Shown: positions 12,219 through 25,635, numbered from the whole stretch's first letter. The stretch: 63,749 nt of DNA, filler included, from Choristocarpus tenellus KU-1152 (GCA_964200185.2; 8 parts of 8 records of this genome joined end to end with filler, not necessarily neighbours in it); one strand, 5' to 3'. A program made the numbers and translations. The notes: a model not told the origin generated them from the sequence alone.

Positions 12219-15200
12219 TCACTTCAAGTCATGTCCTCCAACCTGTTCTCCCAGGACACACAAAGGAACTACGCTGGGTCGACCATGGGCACAAAAGAAG
12301 GGGAGCTTACATGTTGCAAGCCTGGACATTAGTTCAACACACTCCAGGTTGGTCAGTAAATCACCAAATCTGTGTGTTCCAGTGAAGGAAAGGGGTAAGT
12401 GGAAATTGCGCAGGAAAATTGAGAGAGGACATGGAGGAAAGAGTGAAAGGAGGGAAACAAGGGCAACAGAGAGGGTAGACAGATGAGGAGGACGTCAACA
12501 AGGAGTGCAAGCTGGGAGGGAAAGATGTATCAACCCCCTCAAGCACAACCTGCTGCTATTGCCACGTGTTCTTAACTTGAAGGAGGGTCAAAAGTCTGAA
12601 CTGCTCTACTGTTCCTTGCCCGAGACACTCACTTGCTGTGTTACTCATTCAGAAACCTAAATCTTGTCAGCACAGGTTCTAATGGTGAAACATGTACACG
12701 TACTCACCTTGACATAATCTATTCACTCAAAACGATCTCCTTAGGGTTACATACACCCAGGCAGTCCACCCAGAACTAATTAAACATAAAAAAAGACAGA
12801 GGCAATGGTGTCATTGGAACAACCAGTCACACCAGCTCCCAAAGCATTTGCTCGCTGGCAAGATGCAGATAATGGTATGACTCCAGAGGAGTTGTATTTC
12901 GACGAATCAATCAGCGGCTCTGCCATGATCGAGACCTACCTGATGGCGGAGTGGCAGGCCTTGTAATTGAGGATATGTTGAATTTGTGGGGGTCGTACAC
13001 CTGTTGCCTTTGCACCAGGTTCTACCCTCTCACGCAAATGATGCAAGAAACCAAAGAGATCCTGGACATTTGTGCACAAACACACAAGAGTGAGTCTCAC
13101 CTAATGCAATTGTATTGTCCCAATATCATTGCTAGCTTGACAAATACAGGCATGTGTTAATAGACAGGTGGGCAAACCGACAATGACTCAGTGAACCAAC
13201 CACACATACCTCTGAATCTTCACACATGACCAGAGGGGTTCATGCACACAGAAATGTTTTTTTTTGACAAATACAAAACCATACCAAGACATTGTACGTC
13301 TAGGTTTGGGCACCTGCAGATGGGAAGGTGCACCAACAACTATTTGCTGCTACAAGGAAATGTGGAACACTCAGAAACACATACATGCACACCTGCATTG
13401 ACAAACGCACTCCGCACACCTCAGGCACAGAGTGAAGCTTGGCCTGTGGGAAGGACATGCCAATTGTTTCCTCCACCTCAATATCAAAGTTCCACGAGAC
13501 CAGCACCTGGTATGTCACGGCAAATTGATGGGATGACCAACATGGATCCCATGCACAGGCACTTGCGTGGGCAGACACATACCAAAAAAATCGTACTAGA
13601 CACCAATCAGGTAGACCTACAGTACAGCGTGAGTGAGACCTTGACAAGTTCAGACCATAGCCATCCCCTTGTGATTCTTACTTGGTTCATGCGAAGACCG
13701 TGTCTTCAGGTGTGAACATGTGCAATACCTGTGCAATAAATACTCTGCGGTAACAAATGAACAAGCGGGTCACATCATCGTGAAGGGTACCAAATCCAAC
13801 ACTACTGCTCTAACAGCACCATTTCAAAACAAGGGTGAAGGCCACTTGCTGCTATGCTTGTCAGTTCAAGTCATGTTAAAGCAACCCTTGATACTAACAC
13901 TCCATCACCACTGAGCCACCAAATTCTATCAAACAGGAGTTCACACCCCAAATCAATGCACTGATTACCCACTTTGCGGTGCTGCTCGACAAGCTCAGCA
14001 TCAGTGCGAGTGAGTGGTGAAACTTCTGCAGGATTTAAGGCAAACTTCTTTACGTTCCTTTCATTTCGCGCTGGCCCATAAACCTGGGAGTGTTGAAGTC
14101 GAGATAACCATTTCCATGGATAATATCGGTGCTTGAGAGAATCTTTGAGTGTATTATTGGAGTTCTTCATATTTGAGAAGGATAGTGTCTCTACTAGGAA
14201 ACAGTATCTGTTGGGGCATTTCTCAGATTCATGATGAAGCTTGACATGTAGGATGAATGCTGTCCAGAGGTGGGTGTACGCGTAAGGCTTCTGGGCTGGT
14301 CAATATCATAACACCAGTCCAGCCGAAAATGCTGCAGTTCACTTGGCTTCGCTATGTTCGCTGATGATAAAAAAACCTATTGAGAGTGGGCTAAATAATG
14401 GCAAGGAAAAGTTTAAAAGTATACGCCACTCACAGGATACTGAGATTGGACACTCTTCAAATAATTTTACCTTTAATGCATACCAGGTACAAATGGAAAA
14501 CAAGTAAGTCATGTCAAGATTGATCACAAGAAAAGAAATGAGTCAATAGGATGTTTCCAATCTTTTAACCTTTCAACTTGGTTGTGCTAATCTTGGCATA
14601 CCTCAATGGCGAACTGAAACCTGAGTCATTAGTACAATGAATCACATGCATCCTCACCTGCCTCTCCAAGTCCTCAAGTTTCACCCTTTCATCTGCAGCA
14701 TGCTGATCTACGCAAAGTACTGCTCCTGTCATGGCACGCAGCAGAATGAACTTGCGCCCTGCCTAGGAACCAGGCATTGGGTAGGTGGACTGCTCAGAAA
14801 TTTTGTGTGCTGAAACTCTGAAGCATTCATGGCCTGAATAACTGGGAAACTTATCTGGCAGTGGTCGTCATTAAAGTTAGACTTGTGTGAAGTGGATTAT
14901 AGATGTTCATAAATGGGAGGAAGGGGCATTCTTTTGAGCAGATCACATGTCAACTTCTTTAGTGAGACAAGTCCATACATGAGAACAAAAGAATAATTAG
15001 CAAATATCAACATTCTGCATTGTCACATAAGGGAAACCTGGCATAATTTCCACCCCACAAGCTCACCTGCCCTATCACTTGCGCCCTATCCAGCTCTTCT
15101 GGAGTCAAAGTGATCGCCACAGCCCCAGCTCCAGCCTTCAGCTCGTTACGACTTGCCTCAGTCACACCTGCGATTGGGCGTTCCGCCTTGCGATCTGTAG

Positions 15201-18200
15201 TCCCTTGCATGCCAAGGTGAATCTTCCCTGGCATGTTGTCAAGTCCTGTACCAAGCAGATGAACAGCTCCTTGGGATGCGTGAATGCCTCCAGGATTTGA
15301 TACGCCACAGCTGTTTATTGCATTGGTTGAGTCAAGGTCGGGGCAATTACCATAAGAAAACTAGATACATAGCTTTGAAGGGTTGGGATGTTTAAGGGTC
15401 AAGATGATAGAATTGCTGCAGTAGCACATACATACGGATTGAATGAAAATGAAACCACAGTCACAACAATTGTCAACTAGTCTCACACTACCATGCACAG
15501 CGAACACCACAACAAGTGGGATACTCAGAACATACTACATTCATGTTCTTCCCAATCAGCACGCATTGGTACACTTGACAAGGAAAAATCGCCACTAAAG
15601 AGTTTGACCATTTTATGCTCATTGACTGTACTTCCATCATTAGTTGTTAAAAACCTGTTTAGCTACTAATGCTATGTTCGGTAGTGAGCAAGAGTAGAAC
15701 CTTCATTATAATGTGAGAAGAAAGTTGGGTATGAAGGCCAGCCTGTGGAAAACGGGGAAGAAAGTGGAGCTACAGAACAAATGTTACAACACACGTTCTT
15801 GAAACTAGAGTAAACCCCTGGGCTACCAGAATATCATCAGCGCTGACTACTTTCCCGGGGCTCAGGGGTTACTTAAGTTTCAATAAAAGCCAATCCTGGG
15901 GTTTGCAAGCTGCCAGGTTTGAACAGATTTCACTCAAGAGCTGCTATCCCTCTAATCAGGACTACCTTTCTTGGTGGGGCAGTTACTAAAGTGTGGTTGT
16001 GTATCCTGGCGGTGTGTTAGCCTTTTGGCAGATGTGTAACCATGATTGGGATTGAACCCATGAGGTTCACGTTTGCTTGAAACTTCAGCGGACCTCTAAG
16101 CTACTGGAAAGTAGTCAGCTCCCTGATTAGAAGGATAGCAACCCTTGCACGAAACCTAATCAAGCCTAATAGCTGGTGAACCCTGGGATTAGCCTTTGTT
16201 GAAACTTCAGCAAACCTTAGCCCCAGGAAAGTAGTCAGTGCTGACAACTTTTCAGTAGCTCAGGGGTTTCTTAGGCTCCAACACACTTGCCATCGGTTGT
16301 AGGTAGGGGGTGGGTTTGTCAAGGCTTGTGTAGTAGTTCAGTTCTTAAGAGTAAACCTGGCTGGTGCACAGTAGGGATCAACTTTGAGTACAAGTCGAGA
16401 GAGGGGTTTATGACGACCTTTTGCTTCACACACCCAACTTCATTAACATTGATCATGTATCCACAAATAATTCAATCTCAGTTGTGGGCTACTCTGGACC
16501 ATTGGACCAGGCATATAAGGGATTGTCTACGATCGGTCAAGAATTGACCTTCTACAATACATTCAGAGCAATGGCATAGCACCTGTCGTATGGGTCTGCT
16601 TCCACAAAGTCCTCCAACAGATCCCCTCCAGCAAAATTTTCTCCATCCAGGTTGGAACCTACTTCATCATCATTGTCACTAGCCTTGCCTTGAACACCTT
16701 CGCCTGACTCAGCTACATAGAAGCTGCTGCCAACACTGGTGCTACCAGCATTGTCTCTGGCCTTGGCATTACCAAGTTCATCCTGTTCAGATTGATTGCA
16801 GAGCTCGCTCATGCCATTGCTTTCCTGACCCTTGTCTGCAGCCTCAAGTACTGGTGCACTGTTTATGTCAAGAGGCTCCACTTCATTATTCTCCTCGTTG
16901 TCCTCTGTAGGTCTCAACACTATTTGCTCAGATTTGCCAAAGTCACGTCCTCTAACTTTCGAATCATCATCCAAAGTGCAAGTGCCTGTTTGCCCAACAG
17001 TTCTAGGGACAGTCTCCACCCTATGATCAATGTTTTTCAACACAGTTCCTGATGACTTGCCGGCCTCTTGCTTCTGTTCACAATTTTGCCCCAGAATTAA
17101 CTCTATTTTGTTCCAAACCGTTCCATCTACCTCATTTACAGATCTATCCACATCCCTGAAGCCCTCCTGCCAAACCTCAGGTTTCCTTTGTGCCTTCTCA
17201 TCAATAAACAGGCCACGAGCATTGTATTTGCTGAGGCATTCCTTAACCCTCCATGGTGCACTACCCTCTATTTGAGATACCCTTCTTCTCTCCTTTTCCC
17301 AACCAGTTTTCTTCCTCGACTGGGAAGAACCATTGTGGAGATCTGAACCAAGCGCAGCTTCACCATACCGGTCTGCATCTCCCTCCCGTTCTGAATCTTT
17401 ATTCCCTGCAACTCTTTTCCCTTTCTGTGAACTAATATTATTATCCTTTGTGCAGTCTTCATCCAGAGAATAAGAGCAACTATTTGCACCACTAATGGGA
17501 ATGAATGCGCTACAGGATTGTGCTTTGGTTGGTGTAGTGGCTGCGGTGGTGGCTGCAACAGTGATGTCACCTGTGTTGGCAGCTGTCGAGGTGGGCCCAA
17601 CCACTCTTTGGCGCTTGCAACCTCTGGCAGGTGGCTGCCTCAGTCCGTCCACATCACTAGTATGTGGGAGGGACTCTCCAAGTGATGAGCATAGTTGAGG
17701 GGTGTCTCTTTGGCAGTCCTCACTCTCCAATGGATGGACTCCTGGCAGAGACAATGAACCATTGGCAAGATCTCCAACCTCATGCAATGAAGGATTGGTT
17801 GAGGTTGACCTTAGAGGAGAAGAGCAGCTGGTGGCACCTGTCGTTCTCAACTGGCTCCTTGTTGGACTCTCACGTAGAGGGGCTAATCCCTGCTCTCCAC
17901 CGTTCTCAACTGTACTACTTCTTTCGTCAGTCCTCTCCTCTTCTGGATCACGTGAGGGTGTGTTGATTTGGGTACCAGGGCCTTCCTCACTTTTGCTTTT
18001 AGCAACACTGGTAACCTCCTTTACCAGGAAGCTGAAGGATGGGCTAGGTGGTCTTGTCACAGTCACCCCCAGGCCCCTGCACCGAACAGTTCGACGCTGG
18101 TAATTGAATCGCCTTCTTGCCATAAGGGAGGGCACTGGTGGGGGACGTGATCCCCATTTACCATGATCACGCTTCTTGCCAATCCTTGTATCGATCCCGG

Positions 18201-18953
18201 TGCCATTACCTAGACCCACTACCAATCCCTTTGTGGTATTACCATGAGATACACATTTTCCTGCCAGCTGATCACGATGAGATCTATCCCTCTTCTCTGG
18301 AAAGGCGTAATTGAATAGGCAGGTCAGGGAATCACTGTCACCACCTCTTGCCACCTCTGATGACTCTTCATTCCAGTCCCCTGTACAGTCTCCCCCACTG
18401 AACAAGGCAGGAGAATTCTGAGTAGATAATTTCTGACTACCCTGTCTCCACTCTCGCTTCCGTACTTGACGTGTGTGTCTGACCTGTGACGTATCTGTAC
18501 GACTGCGTAACACCTGAGGATGGTCCTCCTGTGATAGATGTCTTCCCCCATTCAGCCTCCATCCCCTACTAGACAAATGCTCTGGTGACCTGTACTTGGG
18601 TAGGATAGGACTCGAATACCGGTCTGCAGGGTACTCATTCTGCTGGCCTTGTAGCACGTTCATGGGCTTACGTACCTGCCCAATTAGCTTGCCATTGCCA
18701 AGGTCCCATGTCCTCCCTTCCAATCTTTGAGGACTATTTTCATCACCATCAAGTTCACTGCCCCCCCCTCCATCCCCCTCCATCCCCACATTCCAAGGAA
18801 GGGACGTGACCCCTTGGAGGTATTGTCTGTCTTGGTCAAGGCTCCCAATGGCGGGGTGAATGTAGTCGTTGGAAGGAAGTGTGCCATCACTTACAACACT
18901 TACACACCTCGGATGTTGACCCCATTCAACTAGTAAGGGTGGGGAGGGACTGC
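12219..18953 (-). CDS. MLH3: MutL homolog MLH3, 3' part (N-terminal ATPase exons off-contig)
   Basis: Phase-consistent GT-AG exons: <=18953-16583, 15310-15067, 14762-14658, 14083-13973, 13506-13393, 13061-12940 and 12369-12219 (TGA). They give AQVIGQ|AGRKFI...VDQHAADERVKLE...KACHSAIRFGD...CKLPFFCAHGRP. ACH and CAHGRP favour MLH3 over PMS2 (ACR/CPHGRP). Confidence 0.93.
15812..16269. mobile_element. Foldback/long-TIR element in MLH3 intron
   Basis: ~160-bp imperfect inverted arms, e.g. AAACCCCTGGGCTAC / GTAGCTCAGGGGTTT, CAGCGCTGACTACTTTCC / GGAAAGTAGTCAGTGCTG and GCTATCCCTCTAATCAGG / CCTGATTAGAAGGATAGC. Confidence 0.8.
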
Positions 18954-20390
18954 NNNNNNNNNNNNNNNNNNNNNNNNNNNNNNNNNNNNNNNNNNNNTTA
19001 ATTAATTAANNNNNNNNNNNNNNNNNNNNNNNNNNNNNNNNNNNNNNNNNNNNAGATCTCCCCTCTTCCCCTCCCGGCCCCCTTTCCTATCTCCCGGGTC
19101 GGGGCCCCCCTTTTGGGGCGCCCGACCGGGGCTGGTTTGGGGGGGGGGGCTGGGGGGATCTGGAGTGCTTTGAGCACTCCTGGCAGCTTGTGCATAAGAT
19201 CTACCTACACATGTGTACAAACCTCTGATTTGCGATAGATTCATAGGAGGCACCGTCCCCATATCAATCTCACTAGCAGCCCCTAGGGACTAGGAGCTGT
19301 ATCTTGCAATAATGGATTCCGCTACCTTTTTGCTGGTCCAAGCCAGCAGGATAGAGGGGACTAGCGAGGCATTCCACATCCCAATACACTTCTTGGTGAT
19401 GATGTTTGAACATCAACAGATGGCCCAACCACCACGTCCAGGTGAATGTACATCGGTTGGGAGACCAAGCGAAATAGGAAAGGAAAGAGCCTTCTCATTG
19501 ACTGATCCTTCTTTCTCATCAATATTACCAATACACTACATGAGGTAATTGAATTTCCAACTTTTTCTATAGTTGTGTTGTTTTTTGGATGGACAACGAT
19601 AGGTTTCTTGACCTTGGGTTATGCAGGGTTGTCATGTTAGGGTTTGAATCATTAAGCATCGGACAGATGTCACGCTTAGAGGTCCAACGAGACATACCCC
19701 TTCAGCTCAAAACTGGTCGAAGTAGGACCCAAGCGATCTGGCAATAACCACATTACCACAGTAACAACGTTCATATACGTATATTGCTATCGGAACTGGC
19801 TATTACCAGATGGCATGGGTCCTTGTTTGACCTTTTGGCCCACCACTCAACCTCTACTCAAATATGAAACTCTTTCCACAACATATAGAACATTCTTTCA
19901 CTGTGGCCAAGTGAGAACGAGATTGATGATAAGAGACGAACGCCCTGTCGATGGCTCTTTGGGACCCCTTTGCAGGGTCCTATCGAGCCAAAGTAATCGT
20001 GAGGCACCCAAATTTTGACCACTTTACACTATAACCAGTTTTTCAACCTTTTGCAATTGACCCATATTTCTATAAATGAAGTGCTAAATTTGAATCGGCA
20101 AGGTTGATTTCTCTGTTGTTTGAAACCTTTCTACACAGTTCAGAAAATATCCTTCACACATTTGTAAAAAAAGATAAAATTTTTGGGCATGTTATACAAT
20201 CCTTAAAATGCAACACTGGGTACCTGTTGTTTACCTTGACTCATTATTAGGGATTGCTACCTAAAGCGTAGTTAACAGTACCTTCCTCTAAACGTGCGCT
20301 CAATTTTTTTTACATCCAATTGAACCTCATCACTCTACTATGAACTGTGAAATGAAGTATTAATCTGGACTGGGTATTATTGCATACACC

Positions 20391-20523
20391 AGGGGGAGTG
20401 GTAGCATTAGGACTATAGTGGGTGCATCGATAAAAAGAGAGGGTAAGGGTAACCAGACCCTCTCTTCTATCTCTCTTCTATCCTGTTCCTCTCTTGTTAC
20501 GTATAAGAGAGTATTTTTAACCA
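20391..20523 (+). mobile_element. Putative PPT + short 3' LTR (TG...CA) remnant
   Basis: Purine tract AGGGGGAG immediately followed by TGGTAG...TTTAACCA (~125 bp). It sits exactly where the pogo homology stops. Confidence 0.45.
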
Positions 20524-20529
20524 ATTGAT

Positions 20530-20960
20530 CTTGTAGTTGCCAATGAACGATAGCAGTACCTTCGGGCATCAAGTAGCATTGGTCGTGATATAGGCTGTTA
20601 CTAGATCCTTCGCATGCATCGCCTTTACCCCCCGCACGGTCTTCCTGTCCTGGTCTGGCGTGAGAAAGGACCGATTCTATAGGAGGGCGGTAAAACAACC
20701 CAGTTTCATCCACGTCGAAGGTACACTCCAGGTCGTACTTAGCACACATTTCGCGGACTTTTTTCAGGCCGTCGGCAATAACTGCATCATCGACACTGCC
20801 CACCTCTCCATGAAGAGCCTTGCTCACTAGCTTATTCGGGGCGAGAAAATTCCTCAACCAGCCACCTGATGCGAAAAGTCGCTGTACTTGACTCTCTCCT
20901 CTTCTGTTCTTACTTCACTCACAAAAGCGGAGCAAACCTTCCGCCCGAACATCTGAAGGG
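20530..20960 (-). pseudogene. pogo/Tigger (CENP-B-type DDE_1) transposase remnant, catalytic region
   Basis: SGGWLRNF...LHGEVGSVD...KYDLECTFDVDETGLFYR, then frameshifted AKDLVTAYITTNAT...KVLLSFIG. These are the classic GWL/HGE/DETGLF/KxRxT motifs. Confidence 0.85.
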
Positions 20961-20974
20961 TAGATCGAGAAACG

Positions 20975-21232
20975 GAGTCAAAGTATCTTAGAGGGTAGTG
21001 CCGTATCCATTTGGGGGTCAAATCCAATGTTGCAATTTTGATGTAATTTTGGCTATCATGTTTGGTTGGGGATGTCAATATCCGTGTTCTGGACACTCCT
21101 TTTCATAACGTAAACATTTTACCAACTCCGAATCATTTCAGAGTAGGTAAAATGTCATTGAAAACCCGTGGGAAGTCAAGCCCCAAACGGAAAAACAGGA
21201 AAAAACTCGTACCCTCTAAGGTACTTTCACTC
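20975..21232 (+). mobile_element. ~258-bp MITE (type A)
   Basis: TIRs GAGTCAAAGTATCTTAGAGGGTA / TACCCTCTAAGGTACTTTCACTC; flanks AACG/AACA (possible 4-bp TSD with one change). Confidence 0.88.
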
Positions 21233-21869
21233 AACAGGTAGCTTTGTGGCTCTTGGCTCTTGAAATAGTTTCAAGATCCTGTCGTCCACCTATGGGACGG
21301 TGGTTGGGCACGATGTTGACTCTTTCCAGGATGTACTTGCAGATACAGTGCCGTACAGTGAAAATTAAAAATATATGGGTGGACACCGAGCGAAGCGAGG
21401 TGTTCCACCTTTCATATCGGATTATGACACGGATCATAGATGTACAATAAATTGGCAGAGGGACCCAAATAAAAAATTAGCAATGTATGTATGTGTGTCA
21501 TGCTGTCGGACACTGTTTCGAACATTTCTTGTGCTACACTCAACGACACGGTTACACAACGGTGACGAAATGACCTTGACTCGAACAGATTGTACCAGCA
21601 TCTGCTGTCTTGTCAGTGCCTGCTCGGCGCCGGAGTTGTCGGGAGATAATGGCGCCCAGTGGTGGTGGTATCCGCATTTCGATACTTGAAATTAGTGGGT
21701 CAGGCTGAGCGTTACTCTGCGGGACTATTGCCTCTGACATTTCTTGTGCTACACTGCACGGAACGCCCTCCATCCACTTGGAATATATCCTTGCCATCAG
21801 CAGTTTATCAGTGCATTCTTCTGTATGTTCATTTAGTGGTCGGCGTGCGGAGGTAGCTATATATTTCGT

Positions 21870-23826
21870 CCAGAACAGCTGACACTACGAGTCTAACTAC
21901 GAGTCGTGTTCTTGATTTCTATTATTCCCAAAAACGACACTCTCAGCCCCATCGTCACAGGATCAGTCAAAAATTTGATACGTGTCCCTGTTGAAAAATT
22001 TGATTATCTCTGGTGGTTTATGCCAGCGAAAGGGTCTGTATGACATTCTGCAGCGAAAATACGTCGTCCTGAACTCACGGAAACACTAACAGAACAGGAA
22101 CGAACATCGCACTGGAACTACGAAAGACGAATCAATGAAGGATGCACGGAGGACGAGATCCCCGTGCAGGTCATCTCTTTGGAGGCGAAACTTCGAGAAC
22201 TACAGTGCTCGGCATCTCAGGACAGCACCGATTTTGTCGTTGAGCTAGAGCGACTACTCGCGGAATTCGAAGAGCTCAAGGAGCCAAAACAGGAAAACAC
22301 AAGCTGAAGGCTAAGGAGACATGGGATATGGTATGATCGATAACGAACAAGAGCTGGAGGTCAAGAGGGATATTTTGGGTACCTGGTATGCCATGCCGAA
22401 TATTGAGCACTGGAACCCTGTGACAAGATGACGGAGATTATCGAGGCAATGCAGCCGGAGCTGCAACCCTGAGTCTGAGCCACAATAATCTGCCTATGGG
22501 CCAGGAGCAGTCATCACAACACTTGTCCCTGAGGGAGCATACCCATCAATTGGAGATCCTAAGATTCTTGCTTACGGAATGAGAAAAGCAATTGCTGTAC
22601 CTGCCACTAGGAGAGCAGGACATTAGCAGGAGCAGTAACTAAGCCTCCACCAGAAGGGAAAGGAGGAGCTAACCGCGGGGAGTCTGGGAGTACTCTGGCC
22701 GCTGGGACCATAAACTCGTGGAAGAGAACACAGAAGGTCAGCGGAGGAGGCGGCCAAGGTACAACTGGTCAACGTACGGACCATGGTACGACAGGATCCC
22801 CTACCAGAGACGAGATCAGGACCAATAGAGGATGTTTAAACTGTGGACTGATCAAGCACATTGGTCCTTGCTCTTTCGAAGAAATATGCTACAACTGTGG
22901 AGGTAAAGGATATCTTCAGATCGTTTGTCGCCAGAGGAGAGCGACACCGTCTAAACAGGCGGGGGAATTAGCTGGACCAGGGTTGAAGCCAGAAAAGAAA
23001 AACAGAAGAAGGCTGTCAGCAAAGGGCTGCCTGCACAAGACTTGTAAGTCTGGGAAGTAAATAATATCTACTTCAGACCATCAAGAACCATCTTCTATGT
23101 CAGAGGCACTCACGGGGCCTGACACGCGAGAATGGCAAGCGGCAATGGAGAAGATGGAGCAACAATGGATGAAAGAAATATTCAAAGAGGGAGAGGTTTT
23201 GACGTGGGGAAGAAATCCTGTCAAGACTAAGTCTGAATTTAAGATAAAGCCAACAGCTGAGGGGACCATTGAACAGTTCGAGGCTAGGTTGGTGGCACAG
23301 GACTTCACTCAACGAGAGGATGTACAAAACATTAAATTGTGATTGGCTTCAAGCCTGGGGGAGTGAGTGCTACGTCCAAAAAGAGAAAAAGCAGAAGGGG
23401 GCTGGTTCAAATTTTCACCCATATACTAAGCGAGGGATCATCATGGGACACGATTGTACATCACTGTGTTGGTACATCTAAAGAAGCAGGTACAAGACTT
23501 CGTAGACACGGTGTTGACTAGATGAATAATGTATGTTAGAGTTCAAGCTATCAGTGTTCTTTTACTGTGTTGACAGGATAAATGTGATATGTGTGAGAGT
23601 TGAACCAATCGGACTTCTTTTACGTTCACTCTCATGGGGGAGTGTGCAGAATAAGATGTTTTAGGATTGAGAGTTCCAGCAACCCTTCATTATTGCCTGC
23701 ACTCTCGTGGGGGAGTGTGCAAAATAGGACAATAGTGAGGTGTACCTTATTTTGTGTATGAGAGATGTAACTAATGAGATAGTACATCCATCGTATGGGT
23801 TATTATTCTGCATTCAACTACTGACA
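21870..23826 (+). mobile_element. Degenerate, internally deleted Ty1/Copia LTR retrotransposon
   Basis: Gag-like LEAKLRELQC...FVVELERL (~22170). Zinc-knuckle relics CLNCG/CYNCGGKG (~22830-22930). RT start EPSSMSEALTGPDTREWQAAM...FKIKPTAEGTIEQFEARLVAQDFTQ (23085-23320). Integrase C-term AWGSECYV...KRGIIMGHD (23345-23480). PPT GGGGGAG + TG...CA LTR (23716-23826). Confidence 0.85.
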
Positions 23827-24866
23827 TAATCGTTGACTTACGTATGAGAAAAATAAAAATAAACAAGCAATAGAAGACACCCCACAAAGGTCACTCTTCT
23901 ATTTCCATCCATTCTTTCCACGTTCAGCAAAGGGGATCGGGTGAGGCTTCACACTTTCTTGTCTTCACTACTGATAAATAGCATTACCTCCCAAGGTAAA
24001 TTGCACAGCAAGTATATACAGAACAACTGAGGGAAAATCTAGCCGTCTGGATTGCAATGTTCCATGCTTGGGTTGTGGATCATCGAGCTTAGGAACGTGA
24101 TGTCAACTAGGCCCTCCAGTGACCATGACATAGGTGACGATCTGTCCTCAATTTAGAGAGTTAGAAGCTCTCGGTTGCCAACGTAGGTTCCTCGCTTGTT
24201 GTTGGAATTGTTTGTGGGTACAGCTGCTAGAATACTTCACGTCTGGCTCTAGTTACAACAATTCCCACACGCCATCCAGCCGATGCAGACGATACGGCAA
24301 TAATACACAGTACCTCCTGCTGTGGCTTACACCCCTCGTACTCTTGACCAAAACAAAATTTTCAGTCTGCCGCAGGTAAGAGGTGCGTTTCCACCCCTTC
24401 AAAAGTTTCATAATATACAGATACTGGCTGCACTATACCATTCTTTTACATCATTGTCCTACGACAAGATTGATTGGGTGCAGTACAGTACAGTACTGGA
24501 CTACTGTGCTGTACTACTGCAGCAGATTGCACGGTTCTGTACTTTACGGCGTAATTTGTGATAGGCAACTTTAGGACACCAAACACCAACTGTACAGCAC
24601 AACACGTTCATGTTTTATACACCCAGTGTACAGAGACCACTTGACAGACTAAACAGGATCTGCTATTTTGAATTGTAGGAGGTTTGCTAATGTTCTAACA
24701 ATGGTCACACCCATGATAATACAGTATAAAGTGCAGAAAATTGCAGTACAACAGAAAAGCGCACAAAACTTCAAAAAATTCAATCATCCTCATCAGCAGA
24801 CAGTGCAGAAAGACAATTCAATCACGATGACAATAAACCTGAATTCAATCCACGCGCTGATGCACC

Positions 24867-25125
24867 TCGACATGTTTGGCACCCCTCGTAGACTTGGCGT
24901 CAGGTTTCAGTGTCTGCGCTTTCCATGAGGGTTGTTGCCTCCTTCTTCAACTTGTAGAGGGTGCTGTCACCGATTCCAAACTTTTAAACAACTGCAGTTC
25001 CCGTCATGGTCTTCAGGAGTGTCAACGCTTTCACCTTCTCTGCAAAGCTCAAGCGTTTAAGATTGTCAGCGCCCCGAGGCTTGTAGAACGCGCCTTTCTC
25101 CGTAGATTTATTTGGCAGCATCTTC
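24867..25125 (-). pseudogene. CENP-B/psq-type N-terminal HTH of a pogo-like transposase
   Basis: KRLSFAEKVKALTLLKTMTGTAVV*KFGIGDSTLYKLKKE: KRxSxxEK...KFGIxxSTL helix-turn-helix pattern with an internal stop. Confidence 0.7.
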
Positions 25126-25600
25126 CCCTTGCCGTTGTTCTAGTTATTTGTGGCACTTCAACGCCGTATTGTCACCGGCTGGAGAACTCGAAGCCTTGTG
25201 CTTGGTGGGGCTCACGTACAATTTGCACACGCATATCATTTCGCTGGTGCCAAATGGATCCACGATGCCACAAATGCCATAAAGATAGCTGCTACGACCG
25301 CGACACTTATTGCATGTATAGTGTGGCGGACCAGGAGTATTACAGGGGATCGATATATCTTTACAATGCAGTCGGTCTAAACTTGATGTGATATACTGTA
25401 TGTACTGGACTGGACAGTAATGAGAGACATGTTCGATTAGACTCTTCCAACTCTACCGGACAGTTACGGTAAAATATGTATGGAGTATTGGAACAATCAA
25501 NNNNNNNNNNNNNNNNNNNNNNNNNNNNNNNNNNNNNNNNNNNNTTAATTAATTAANNNNNNNNNNNNNNNNNNNNNNNNNNNNNNNNNNNNNNNNNNNN

Positions 25601-25635
<35 letters not shown>

